DNA of 64,000 nucleotides, taken from assembly GCF_001194135.2 (NCBI RefSeq), contig NC_068982.1, forward strand, positions 60,609,149 to 60,673,148. Direction: 5' to 3'. How positions within the stretch are numbered: position 1 is the stretch's first letter; the number at the start of each line of letters is the position of its first letter. The notes under the pieces are model-generated. The model did no database searches and had not been told where the DNA came from. It was given only the letters and a program-made list of their open reading frames with translations. This document shows positions 14,150-24,528 of this stretch, one piece after another. The position numbers were made by a program, and so were the translations under genes. Origin of the DNA: Octopus bimaculoides (Eukaryota).

Positions 14150-14229
14150 GTTGTAGTGTAATCTACGGGTATCGAACTTCGTGTCTGCTGTAAAGCATAG
14201 AGTTGAACTAACCATTACACCTAGGCAGC
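14150..14229 (-). mobile_element. tRNA-like SINE head remnant
   Basis: Minus strand has A-box-like TAGGTGTAATGGTTAG and B-box-like GTTCGATACCC at tRNA spacing, but no intact cloverleaf. Confidence 0.5.
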
Positions 14230-15148
14230 ATGAATGTGTGTGTGTGTGTGTTCTTTTCAAAACTGATGATTAAAAAAGAGAAAAATACAGCACTGTCATA
14301 AAAACTCACTAAAAACTAGTACTTTTAATTCTATTTTTGATTTGAACATCACATCTCTTTTATTAAAACATGCTTTTCATTTTCTCTCATGTTGGGTAAA
14401 TTTTTAGTTGATGATGGGTATACTGCCTAGTGTATTATTACTTCGACCATACACAACTATTTCTGTCCAACACATTATTCAAGAATATGCTATCTTTATT
14501 GCTAAAATCACCCTTGAAGATTTTAAGATTTTATGATAAAGTAGTTCAAGAATATTCTTAATCTTATCATTAATGAACCATCACAACCACAACTGGAATT
14601 ACATCTAACTCTAGAAGGTCATGTATCAAGAAGATACTGTTTTTTTCTTAAACAGGATCATCCATTACCAAAATCCATCATTTTTTTCTCTGTGAACTAT
14701 CTCTAATTTTCTCTTGCACAGATATTGCAATTAGGGAGTTTATTATTATACTTAAGAAACTAGTTACATGTTTATACTGTCCTCACTCTAATAATCACAT
14801 TGTTTATTTATGTTTAGAAGCAGTATTATTTGTCAAGCATCGCTAAATTAATGTTTTATCATGCAGTTACTACTGGAAACACACTAGTCACAACACCCTT
14901 TGCATTGAGTGTACAATCTACAAGAATTTGAAATGAAGAAACTGAAGTTTTCAGCCACTTCTAGGCTATAACACTTTACTTATCATGTGATACTGTATTA
15001 AAGTTTTAATTTGGTTTTCACCTAACAACTGATAAAAGGACAGTGTTAATATAACTTGTCCTCTTAGGTGAGATGAGAAATAATTTAGATGAGAGGTAGA
15101 CCTACCCAACATACCTTCATAGAAAAATAGTACATTAAGATATTGTTG

Positions 15149-15179
<31 letters not shown>

Positions 15180-16891
15180 TGTGGTTAAGGTTGGTATTAA
15201 TCAGATAACCACCTCATTTGTATGTTGGTTAGTTGTGAAAGTAAATAAATGAACAAATAAATCAATCACTATATAAACCTAAGAGTTAACTGTTTCTCAA
15301 TTTATTTATTGCCTTGATTACATTTAACTGGTATTTATTGTCTATTTACCCATGGTCATTTATTTCATTCCATTTTTAACTGCAAACTTATAAGACTGCT
15401 TTGTGATTATCTCATTCAGCAGAGAGAAACCTCATTAGCACACTAATTCTATTATAGTGAAAAGAATTGTTTAGCTATGAAGAATCCCTATGATTTAATA
15501 GTTAGAAGCAGCTTTTACTTATTATATTAGGCTGCTAGAGGAAGTGTTCAGTAAAGTTTGTTGCTCTAAGCTCTATCTAAATAATTTAAGAGATATCAGC
15601 TATAGGGAGCTCATTATAGTGTGTTTTGATTAGTACTGAATCCTGAAGATGTCTTTAGTCCTTACATAATACTTAACAAAAGCTGACGCATATCTTATAG
15701 TGATGATGTACCAGCCATTAACTCTAAAGTGTAATAAAAGTTGGGGAAATGAATTGTTAAACTCATTTTTAATATAAATCAAAAGAAATTAAATTCTAAT
15801 TTGTTATGTTTTGTTAATCAAATGTGACTAGATAGAAGTTTTTCTTAAAACTAAATAGAGATAAGTACAACATTATTTAGTACCTCCAGTACACATTCTT
15901 CTTTTTTAGTTTATAAAAGATTGTCATTCAGCATACCAAATAAAAGATAATTTGATTATCTAAGGAGGTTTATCATGAAGAATATAATTTATAACATATC
16001 AAATTAATTGATCACTTACTGTATTGATTCATTGCTTAAGTCTTAATAATTTCAAATAAATTCATGAATATCATTTGTAAAACATTAAAAAAATTTACTT
16101 TTGCAAGCAGCAACTTAAACATTGTTAGTTTCATCCTCCTTGTTTTCAGTTGAATACTTTTTAAATTTTTTATTACTACTTTTACATTGTCTTGCAATGT
16201 TCATGCTTAAGAAATTAAGTGAAAAGACAGACCACATGTTAAGTTGAAGTGTCATTACATTTAATCAATCAATTGATCTTTTACTATTAAGTTTCTGTGC
16301 TTTGTTGCACTCTTTGTCCAGTTTTAAGCTGTTGTCTTTATTCACAACTCAGCTAGCTAAACACAAGTATCTGAAGCCTTGCTTGCACATTACTGAAGGA
16401 ATTAATTTCATAATACTTGGCTTGTCTGCCACATCTTGTTATATTGGAGACAGTTTATGTGTATTTGCAAAGTTATTTCTAAAAGTCAATGTTTTCAACT
16501 AGTTCAGTTCATTGCAGCAGATTTCTGATGCTGTAGAGAACAATATGGGTAACTTAATATTTACTTAGTTTATTACTTAGAATAGAATAAACTCCCAAGT
16601 CAAATTTCTTCTGGTTGTATCATTACTTGAAATACTCTTCTATGCAGGGTAATAATCACACACTTGAAACTTTAGTACATTTTAAAATGTAAAAATGTCA
16701 ATCATTATTTCAAATCCCACTGCTAGTGTTATGTTTTTAGGTAACATACATTGTACAACTTACATACCATTGAATGAAGAACTTTTATTCATAAAACATG
16801 TAAATATTTTATTTCAAAAGTCTATCATATTAGTGTATTTAAATTGTTCTGAAAGTGATTAGCATACCATACTGTCACATTTTCTATGTTA

Positions 16892-16940
<49 letters not shown>

Positions 16941-16950
16941 NNNNNNNNNN

Positions 16951-17106
16951 TGTCTTTACTTTCTGAGTTCAAATTCCACCAAGGTCGAATTTACCTTTCA
17001 TCCTTTCAGGGTTGATAAATTAAGTACCAGTTGCGTACTGGAGTCGATCTAATCGACTGGCTCCCTCCCCAAAAATTTCAGGCCTTGTGCCTAGAGTAGA
17101 GAAGAA
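16951..17106 (+). mobile_element. SINE family 1, low-divergence copy with its 5' end lost in an N-gap
   Basis: tctgagttcaaattcc..gataaattaagtaccagttgcgtactggagtcgatctaatcgactgg..ggccttgtgcctagagtagagaagaat; several CpGs retained. Confidence 0.85.
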
Positions 17107-17224
17107 TATATATATATATATATATATATGTAGAGGAAGAACAAAAACAAGAACAAGACTTGTTCATCATAGTTGTTTGCAAGCAGGTCCTCCCCTGGTT
17201 TTGCCGTACCTATATATATGCTTT

Positions 17225-17308
17225 AAATTTACCTGATGATGACAGGTTTTTGCGATGATGTAATCTAAGAATGCTTCAATAAAATGCTGCTGAAACAGTT
17301 GTGAATTT
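17225..17308 (+). ncRNA. Type I minimal hammerhead-ribozyme-like motif (probable Penelope-like remnant)
   Basis: Stem I AAATTTAC(17225-32)/GTGAATTT(17301-08), core CTGATGA 17233-39, imperfect stem II GACAG/CTGCT, GAAA 17292-95, stem III AC-A-GT, H17=U17300. Confidence 0.5.
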
Positions 17309-17526
17309 TGACCCTCACTTTTGTTGTTTTATACATATGCCACACCTGGAACCAACCCTGAGTCAACTCTACAGTTTATATTGGATTTGGTACCTATGAG
17401 TATATGTGTATGTTTATGCATATTATACTGTTACTAGATCATAAATCTGAATAAGAAGCACACTCTAAGTTATAGAGCACTATTTAGATAAAGATAGTTA
17501 TGGCTATAACTGTCTTTATCTAAATA

Positions 17527-17576
17527 TATATATGTATGTATATATATTACATATATATGTATGCATATATATTACA

Positions 17577-17645
<69 letters not shown>

Positions 17646-17672
17646 AAATATATGTATGTGTGTGTATATATA
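17527..17672. repeat. (TA)n-rich microsatellite
   Basis: Directly visible. Confidence 0.9.
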
Positions 17673-19556
17673 CATACAGTATACTACCAACAAATGACAA
17701 CTAAGGTTGTTTACCTTACTGTAAACTCAGTACTAAAAACCCAGCCATTCCTGGCGTCCTACTTATTGATATGCCTACATTCTAATGAATCCTGTAACTA
17801 ATCCATATATATCCATATATATATATATATGTAACATTTACTCAAGATCTCAGAATTTCAGCTTAATCTCATTATTTTATCTCAAGTTTTGATACTACTA
17901 GTTTTAGTTCTTATGCATCATAATTCATTTAATATTTCATTCTCCATTCTTTTGGATATTTAATTATTCGTTCTCTTGCTATACCATTGCAATGCTCATT
18001 TTGCTGTTGTTTATTTCATACACATATATATGCATATATACTCACACACATACATACACACATTCACACACACACACATGTTCACACATATTTATGTATG
18101 CATATTCTTCTTGTGTACATTAATACTAATTAATAGTGGCTTCAGTCCTTTCATGAAATTATAATATCATTATTTTAACTTTTTATTATATTATTATTTT
18201 AGATTTTTATTAAATTATTATTTAACTTCTTTTTGTAGGTAAACATTATAACTGACTTTTTCATAAGATTAGAGATTATGATAGCTGTTGCTATAAATTT
18301 CTCTATAGAATGCATTCTTTTATTTCTCGGTCATTTAGTGAAGAAATTATATAAATACTTCTAAACTGTTACAGTATTCTCATTTCAAATCCCTCTAATT
18401 TGAGAGCTAAGTTTGCTCCTATGAGTTCATAGCTTGATTGGACTTACTGCTTAAGAGATCAGTGAGTGTGAGAAGCAGCTAGTGAAAGAACAGACAAGAA
18501 TTCCTAATGGTAACGTGACAGTATTATCAGTATCCGGCTCTATTCTATTTAAGATACAAGACATTCTCTTTTCATTCGTCCCTTGCCACATGAAGACTAT
18601 GGCCGACTATGCTGTCATTGTGATTCCAGCAGTTGCTTGAATGCAATCAATTTCTGAATGCTCAGGGTATCAGCTTAATATGATTTCTCTGCAGTCACAA
18701 TCAATGTTTATCAATGGCAGGATTATATTTACTATCTTGCCATTTTGATATTAGTAGCTTACCTTCGATGTCGTTTCAAGAACACACTAATTCTATATTG
18801 TTAGTATCAACCAGAAAGTACGGTCATGCTCAACTTGCGTCTTAACTGGTTGGTATTAGCTAGATTGATTCAAGACGCTTGCTGTTCTTGCTTCACTTCC
18901 CAATGAAGCGAATGCTTCCTTAGTGATGTGATTAACCCTATGTGTTCTGTCATTGACTGAATCCAGTTGTGATATTCAATTAGATGTTATTCTATAAATA
19001 AAGAAAGAAAGAAAAAAGAGAGAAAGAAAGAAATGAAAAACCTGAAAAGAGAAGCAGCTGCAGTTGAGGAATTATATCTAAACTGAATGAATCAGAAATT
19101 GAAGATTAAAGTTCAATCTATTTAAAACAACTGTTATTTGAAATCAAATTCATATTTGTTGAAATCTTAGGTCTTTGATATGCTGGTATTTAGAAGATAT
19201 TGTTTCAAGACAGGATGGAATTGTTTCGACCTCCACTCTTCACTTGATTATTTTCTTTTCTGGGAATTAATCCATTCTAAAAGAAATATTTCTCCATGTT
19301 TCCTATATAAGATAACTGATGATGATAATAAATAAATACATAATGACCATTTCTTAACTAATGGAAAAGCAAACTTAGTTGTGAAAGGAGAATGGAAGGC
19401 TGTATTATACTTGTGACAAATATAGCAAAAATTTAGACACAAGATTTCACTTACATTCCTATATAGTGAAAAAGTATTTTACCTCATTTAGTATAACTTC
19501 TGTGGTATTTTCTTAACTATATTTCATATTTTTATCAAATTTAAATCCTGTTTTAA

Positions 19557-19778
19557 CCCTTTGGTTACCATATTTATGTTGAGATGTTCTGTGTTTCTTT
19601 CAATTAATTTTAAATATAACAAAGAATTTAGTAAAATAACTTAGTTATCATTAAGCTAGTGTTAGGAACATAAATTGTGACTAAGGTTTGATGGAAGATT
19701 TTAATTCAGAACTTTTGAAAGCAAGACATTTGTACTATAGAGCCAGAAGTGGTTTCAGTCAGGTTGGTATCAAAAGGG
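19557..19778. mobile_element. piggyBac-type MITE
   Basis: TTAA|CCCTTTGGTTACCA ... TGGTATCAAAAGGG|TTGA: imperfect TIRs starting CCC, TTAA/TTGA target site, no ORF. Confidence 0.7.
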
Positions 19779-20451
19779 TTGAAGTTAAATATAAAACGTT
19801 TGTTTTTATTTTTTCTTCTTCTTTCCTTCACTATGTTTTCCTCTTTTTGGTCTCAGTGATGAGATAGGGGCCATAAGGAAAGGCATATCAGTCTGAGTGT
19901 AATGAGGTGTAACTTACATAGAAGCAAATACCGCAAACTATTTTTGTTTGATGTAGATATTTACTAGCAATCTTTTTGCCAACATGCACACTTTCATATA
20001 CACATATTTGAGAACCAGATTCATTCAGCATGTTTATCTTTAAGATTTTCTCTAATTACATGCAATAATGTTATGCATGATATTTCATTAAAACATATGT
20101 TGTTTAATATTATATAACATTAATATTATGCATCAATCTATATAATATATATCAATATTATGCACTTTTTAACTGATTATTAACAAGTATTTCTGTTACC
20201 TATCATCTTCATACTCTTTTTAATTTTCATTATATTATGATTGCCAACTAATTTTAGAATGCAAAAACAAAAAGCAGGGACTGTACCAAAGATGAAATAA
20301 GGAGGTATAACATTAAAAGAAAAAGAGGAAAAAAGTATTAGCTTGTTGGCATACACACACACACACACACACATATATATCGGTCAGTAGTTCATATATC
20401 TGAGAAAAAAAAGCACACTCTAAAACATTGGAGTTATACACAGTATATGTA

Positions 20452-20718
20452 TGTTTTTGTTTCAGTATATGATCTCAGATCAAGTCACTTTCTATGCAAG
20501 TACATCTCTGTAATATATATATATATATATATTACTTGATCTGAGATCGTATACTGAAACAAAAACAATTGCAGTGTGGGAGGTGTTTATAAGCTATTTA
20601 AGAACACAGAAAAACCGTTAGATTCACTTCAACATTTAAATTTGATTTGCGCCAAAATATTTTTGTCGCTTTAAAACTGCGACCTGTTCACTGACAAAAA
20701 TTGATGCTTCTACACTGC

Positions 20719-20722
<4 letters not shown>
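20452..20722 (-). mobile_element. Penelope-like terminal-repeat composite with two inverted-repeat pairs and a hammerhead fold
   Basis: 34-bp IR 20452-20485/20534-20567, 16-bp IR 20567-20582/20707-20722, hammerhead topology at 20650-20696 (-), (TA)n internally and at the right flank. The Penelope-like assignment is inferred from the known association of minimal hammerheads and inverted pLTRs with these elements; no RT or GIY-YIG ORF is visible. Confidence 0.55.
20650..20696 (-). ncRNA. Type I minimal hammerhead-ribozyme fold with G3:C8 core variant (G12A in this copy)
   Basis: Minus strand: UGUCA-GUGAACA-G-GUCGC-aguuuuaaa-GCGAC-AAAA-AUAUUU-UGGCG, i.e. stem I, core, perfect 5-bp stem II, (G>A)AAA, palindromic stem III AAUAUU, H17, stem I'. 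Confidence 0.6.
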
Positions 20723-20753
<31 letters not shown>

Positions 20754-21588
20754 AAAGTATCCACTGGTGATGTCCCTAAAAATTTGAAAAGAATAATTGG
20801 TTTAAGCTTGCAAGACAAAATGGTATTTTAAAATAATTGAATACCTATAGATTTTTAAAATTTGCCTACAGGTTCACATGTACTAACAATTTGTCTCCAT
20901 TACTAAAAATGTTCTCCACCTCAGACTTACTGTCCCATCGCCATTGTCATTTTTGAATAATCAACTGCATTTCTCGTACCATTTAGTTCACCTCAAACAT
21001 TTCAGTCAGAATCACTATTCTTTATTGATATCAGCCTATAGACTGCTGTCAGGTTTTTCAGTTACACATTTTTAGGACAAAGGAAACATATTTGTTTTCA
21101 AGTGTAAATGTTGACAAACTTTGAAAATCAAAACTAAAAAAAAAAAAAGAAAAAGATAACCTAGAAGATTTATTGAAGCCAACAACAAATCAGTATTTCT
21201 ATTAAAGTTAAAATTCAGAATGAAATAAGAATTTCCAAATAAAACACTTTACTCTTCTATTGAAAATTTGTTAACAGAGCCACATTCACTGCGTTTGAAT
21301 ATGTATGAATAAGCATAATGAATGCTCTAATCTTTTAGCGTTGTGTTACTATAATAAGACTGCCATGAGAGTAACTAAAATATTTCCTAATAAATTAGGT
21401 ATTCATAATTGTGTGAAAACAATATCTTGTTAAACATATCTAGTTCTTTATGGTTGTAGGAACTTCAATAGCTTCCATATTAATAGTGTTCCATGCCAGC
21501 ATGGAGAAAATGGACATTAAACTAATGATGGCGGTGGGGCTGATGGCAGTGGTGGCGGTGGCAGTGGCAGCAGCAGTGAAGTGCGGTA

Positions 21589-21737
21589 NNNNNNNNNNNN
21601 NNNNNNNNNNNNNNNNNNNNNNNNNNNNNNNNNNNNNNNNNNNNNNNNNNNNNNNNNNNNNNNNNNNNNNNNNNNNNNNNNNNNNNNNNNNNNNNNNNNN
21701 NNNNNNNNNNNNNNNNNNNNNNNNNNNNNNNNNNNNN
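21589..21737. other. Assembly gap (149 N) following a GGC/GCA-rich low-complexity tract
   Basis: N-run. Confidence 0.99.
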
Positions 21738-23345
21738 ATTATTAAAAAATGTTGTCCTTTTTTTATGTTTCAATTGATATCCAGTGCTTGTATCCGTAAT
21801 AAAACAGTGACTATTGTTAAGCAGTCTCTCATGGCTGCTCATTCAATGAATCATGAAAACAGGTCACTTTCTGCATATAAAAGACATACCTTTCATTTGC
21901 CATAAAGGGCCCTTTGTGTCATTTTTTCAACCTTATATCATCTACACCATCCCTTGGTCTTTACGAACTTTTAGATAAAAAAAAATTTCAAACCTTTTTT
22001 GGCTTTTTTTTTTTTTTTACAGAAATAGTTTGTTATTTATTAAATATTTTAAAGAAAAAACTAAAATATGATATTCAAGTTTATTGAATAAAGTAAAAGA
22101 CAAATATATATATTGGTCTGTCATATAAAAAAAAATTTGTTAAAAATCAAACAAAATTTTGTTGTTCAAGGATTATTTGCATTATTCTCTGTGTAAGCCA
22201 TGTCCGCTGATTGTGACTGTGATTTCTAATTCTATTTTGTTTCACTATTGTATAGGTTTTATGACCTGTTAACCCTAATTTATTGTGTCAATAAAAATAT
22301 TCAGATGAATCAATGACAATATTGTTGACTTATTTGGCCTAAATTGTCACTCACATAATATCACTGTCTGTTACCATTCTTTTCTTCTTTCTTTTCTCCT
22401 CCATTCCTGAAGCTGTCGTAGTTTCCAAATCGATGTTCTATTGCTTTAAACTGTTTTATTAGCAGTGTGAGGTGTATTTTTAGGAAAAGTGTCTAACCAG
22501 TATCTTGAGTACACAAATTATTATTTGTTTCTGTTTAATTATCTTTCAACACTGTTCTAATTATTTCCCTTTTATTTTACTTTAATTATAAATTATTATT
22601 AAAGGGATGTTTGCCATCTGTATCTTCTAGTTTTTATTATTTACATGTTGAAATGGGAATAGCTGTAATTTGGTCAATAGAAAGAATTACAATTGATGCC
22701 TGCCAGGGAAATCAGTTAAAACTCTTTTAACATTGTAAACTAGCTTCAAACATTGCCATATTTTCTAAACTATGAAGCTTTGTGTAATTAGTGACCATGC
22801 TTAGTTTATCTTCTTATCAAAATGCCACTATAATCTATTGTGGTGACAAGAGCAATTTATGTATTGTCATTTTGAGATTGACAGCTTACTAGGCTGATTA
22901 TATTTAATGTTCAGCTATGGAGATTAATTTACTTTTATTGACTTTTGTTATTTATTTTATAAAAATATTTGCATGTTAACATTCATATTGCTATGAAGTG
23001 ATGTGTTTTAACTATAAATATATCATTTCTAAAATAAGAACAACTATTTAGGCATTTTTCTGAATGGATAATTTCTAACTAGTTTATCAGGCATGAAGTC
23101 AGACAAGTCAAATAGATAATTTAATGTAAAATTGTATTGTTTATACAATAAAACAAAAAGTATGTTCATCTAATATAAGACTAGTAATAAGTTTAATAGT
23201 TCATTCTCTCTCACTCTCTTTTTCTTTATTTTTCCCTTAAAACCCTTCTTTCCCTTTCTCTTTCGCATATGCCTTACTTTCTGTCAACTTTGCACTTGTT
23301 TCTTCTTATAATATATAAGGTTTTAATAATTATTATTAATAATAC

Positions 23346-23505
23346 TTTCTAAAATAGGTAATAGGCCTGAAATTTTGGGGGAAGCAATGAGTTGATTACA
23401 TCAACCCCAGTGCTCAACTGGTTCTTATTTCATCGACCCTGAAAGAATGAAAGACAAATTCAATCTCAGCAGAATTTGAACTCAGAACATAAAGGCAGAA
23501 GAGCC
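23346..23505 (-). mobile_element. SINE family 1, 5'-truncated or eroded
   Basis: Plus strand ggcctgaaattttggggga..catcaaccccagtgctcaactggttcttatttcatcgaccctgaaagaatgaaag..agaatttgaactcagaac is the reverse complement of the family 1 body. Confidence 0.8.
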
Positions 23506-24104
23506 AATTTACTCCTTTATAATTACTATTTATAATAGATCTTTCCATTAGCAGTTACTGAAAAGTCTGTCATATTGTAGCTATGAGACATATCCCTAGT
23601 CATTATTCCCCCCCTATCACTTAAATTATTCTTTGTTTTATTTATTGAAATATGAAAGTTAAGAACTCCTTCTGAAGTTTACTATTTCATTGCTAGAGTC
23701 ATCACAAACTGACATGTTTATATAGACTACAGATTACTGAGAACATAAATAAAAATTATGGATAGTGATATAAATTGTTTAAAATTATTTTCCTATTATT
23801 ATTTAATCCTCTTAACAAACTTATGTCTGTTTGAAATATTTGTTATAGTTTTAGGTTGTGTGAAACTTGTTGAGTAACCTTATTCACTTCTGCTTCAGCA
23901 CAACCAGGACATGGAGATAGTTGATCAGTTGAAATACTTAGTTTGATTCATTTTGTATTTCTAGTCATAATCAGTCCATGTTGTCCTAAGAGAAGGACTC
24001 AAAGCTTGTACCCACTATTTTGACAATAGTAAAAAATTTATTGGAAGCAGTTGAGTATCTACACTCAGTATGTCAAGTACTGCTCACAGATGCCCTCAAC
24101 TGTT

Positions 24105-24310
24105 TCTAACAAAGCCACAAGGTCTTGAATTTAGTGGATAGGGTTAGCCATTTAAATCGGCCCTAATACTTGGCCAGTGCTTTATTTTATTGACCCTGAA
24201 GAAAAGAGATACAAGGTTGATCTCTGCAGGATTTGAACCTGAAATGTAAAGGGCTAGAAATACTGCAAGATATTTTGTAAAAACTCTAATGATTCAGTCA
24301 ATTCACTGCT
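24105..24310 (-). mobile_element. SINE family 1 (diverged)
   Basis: cacaaggtcttgaattt..ttattgaccctgaag..aggatttgaacctgaaatgtaaag..aatactgcaagatattttg is an antisense family 1 copy. Confidence 0.7.
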
Positions 24311-24330
24311 TTTTTTTTTCTTTAATTTTA

Positions 24331-24528
24331 TAACATAGGCACAAAGTCAAAAATTGGTAATGGTGGGTGTTAGTTGAATAAATCATCTTCTGTACTTCAC
24401 TGGTATTTTATTGATCCTCAAGGAAATAAAAATCAAATTTTATCTCAGCAAAATGTTAAGAGCTGGAACAAATGCTACAAGGAATTTTTTTTTTTAACCC
24501 TCCACTGATTCTAGCAATCCACCATCTT
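24331..24528 (-). mobile_element. SINE family 1 (diverged, tandem with 24105-24310)
   Basis: ataggcacaaagtc..cactggtattttattgatcctcaagg..aaatgctacaaggaat..tgattctagcaatccaccatctt. Confidence 0.6.

Noticed and set aside
14150-14229. Possible tRNA gene
   Set aside because: A and B boxes are present but the acceptor and anticodon stems do not pair; treated as a SINE head.
18837-18878. GCGTCTT/AAGACGC hairpin as a pre-miRNA
   Set aside because: Short and heavily bulged, with no recognisable mature miRNA sequence.
21450-21905. Track ORFs spanning the N-gap with Ala/Val or His/Cys runs
   Set aside because: A GGC/GCA low-complexity tract plus 149 N; no recognisable domain.
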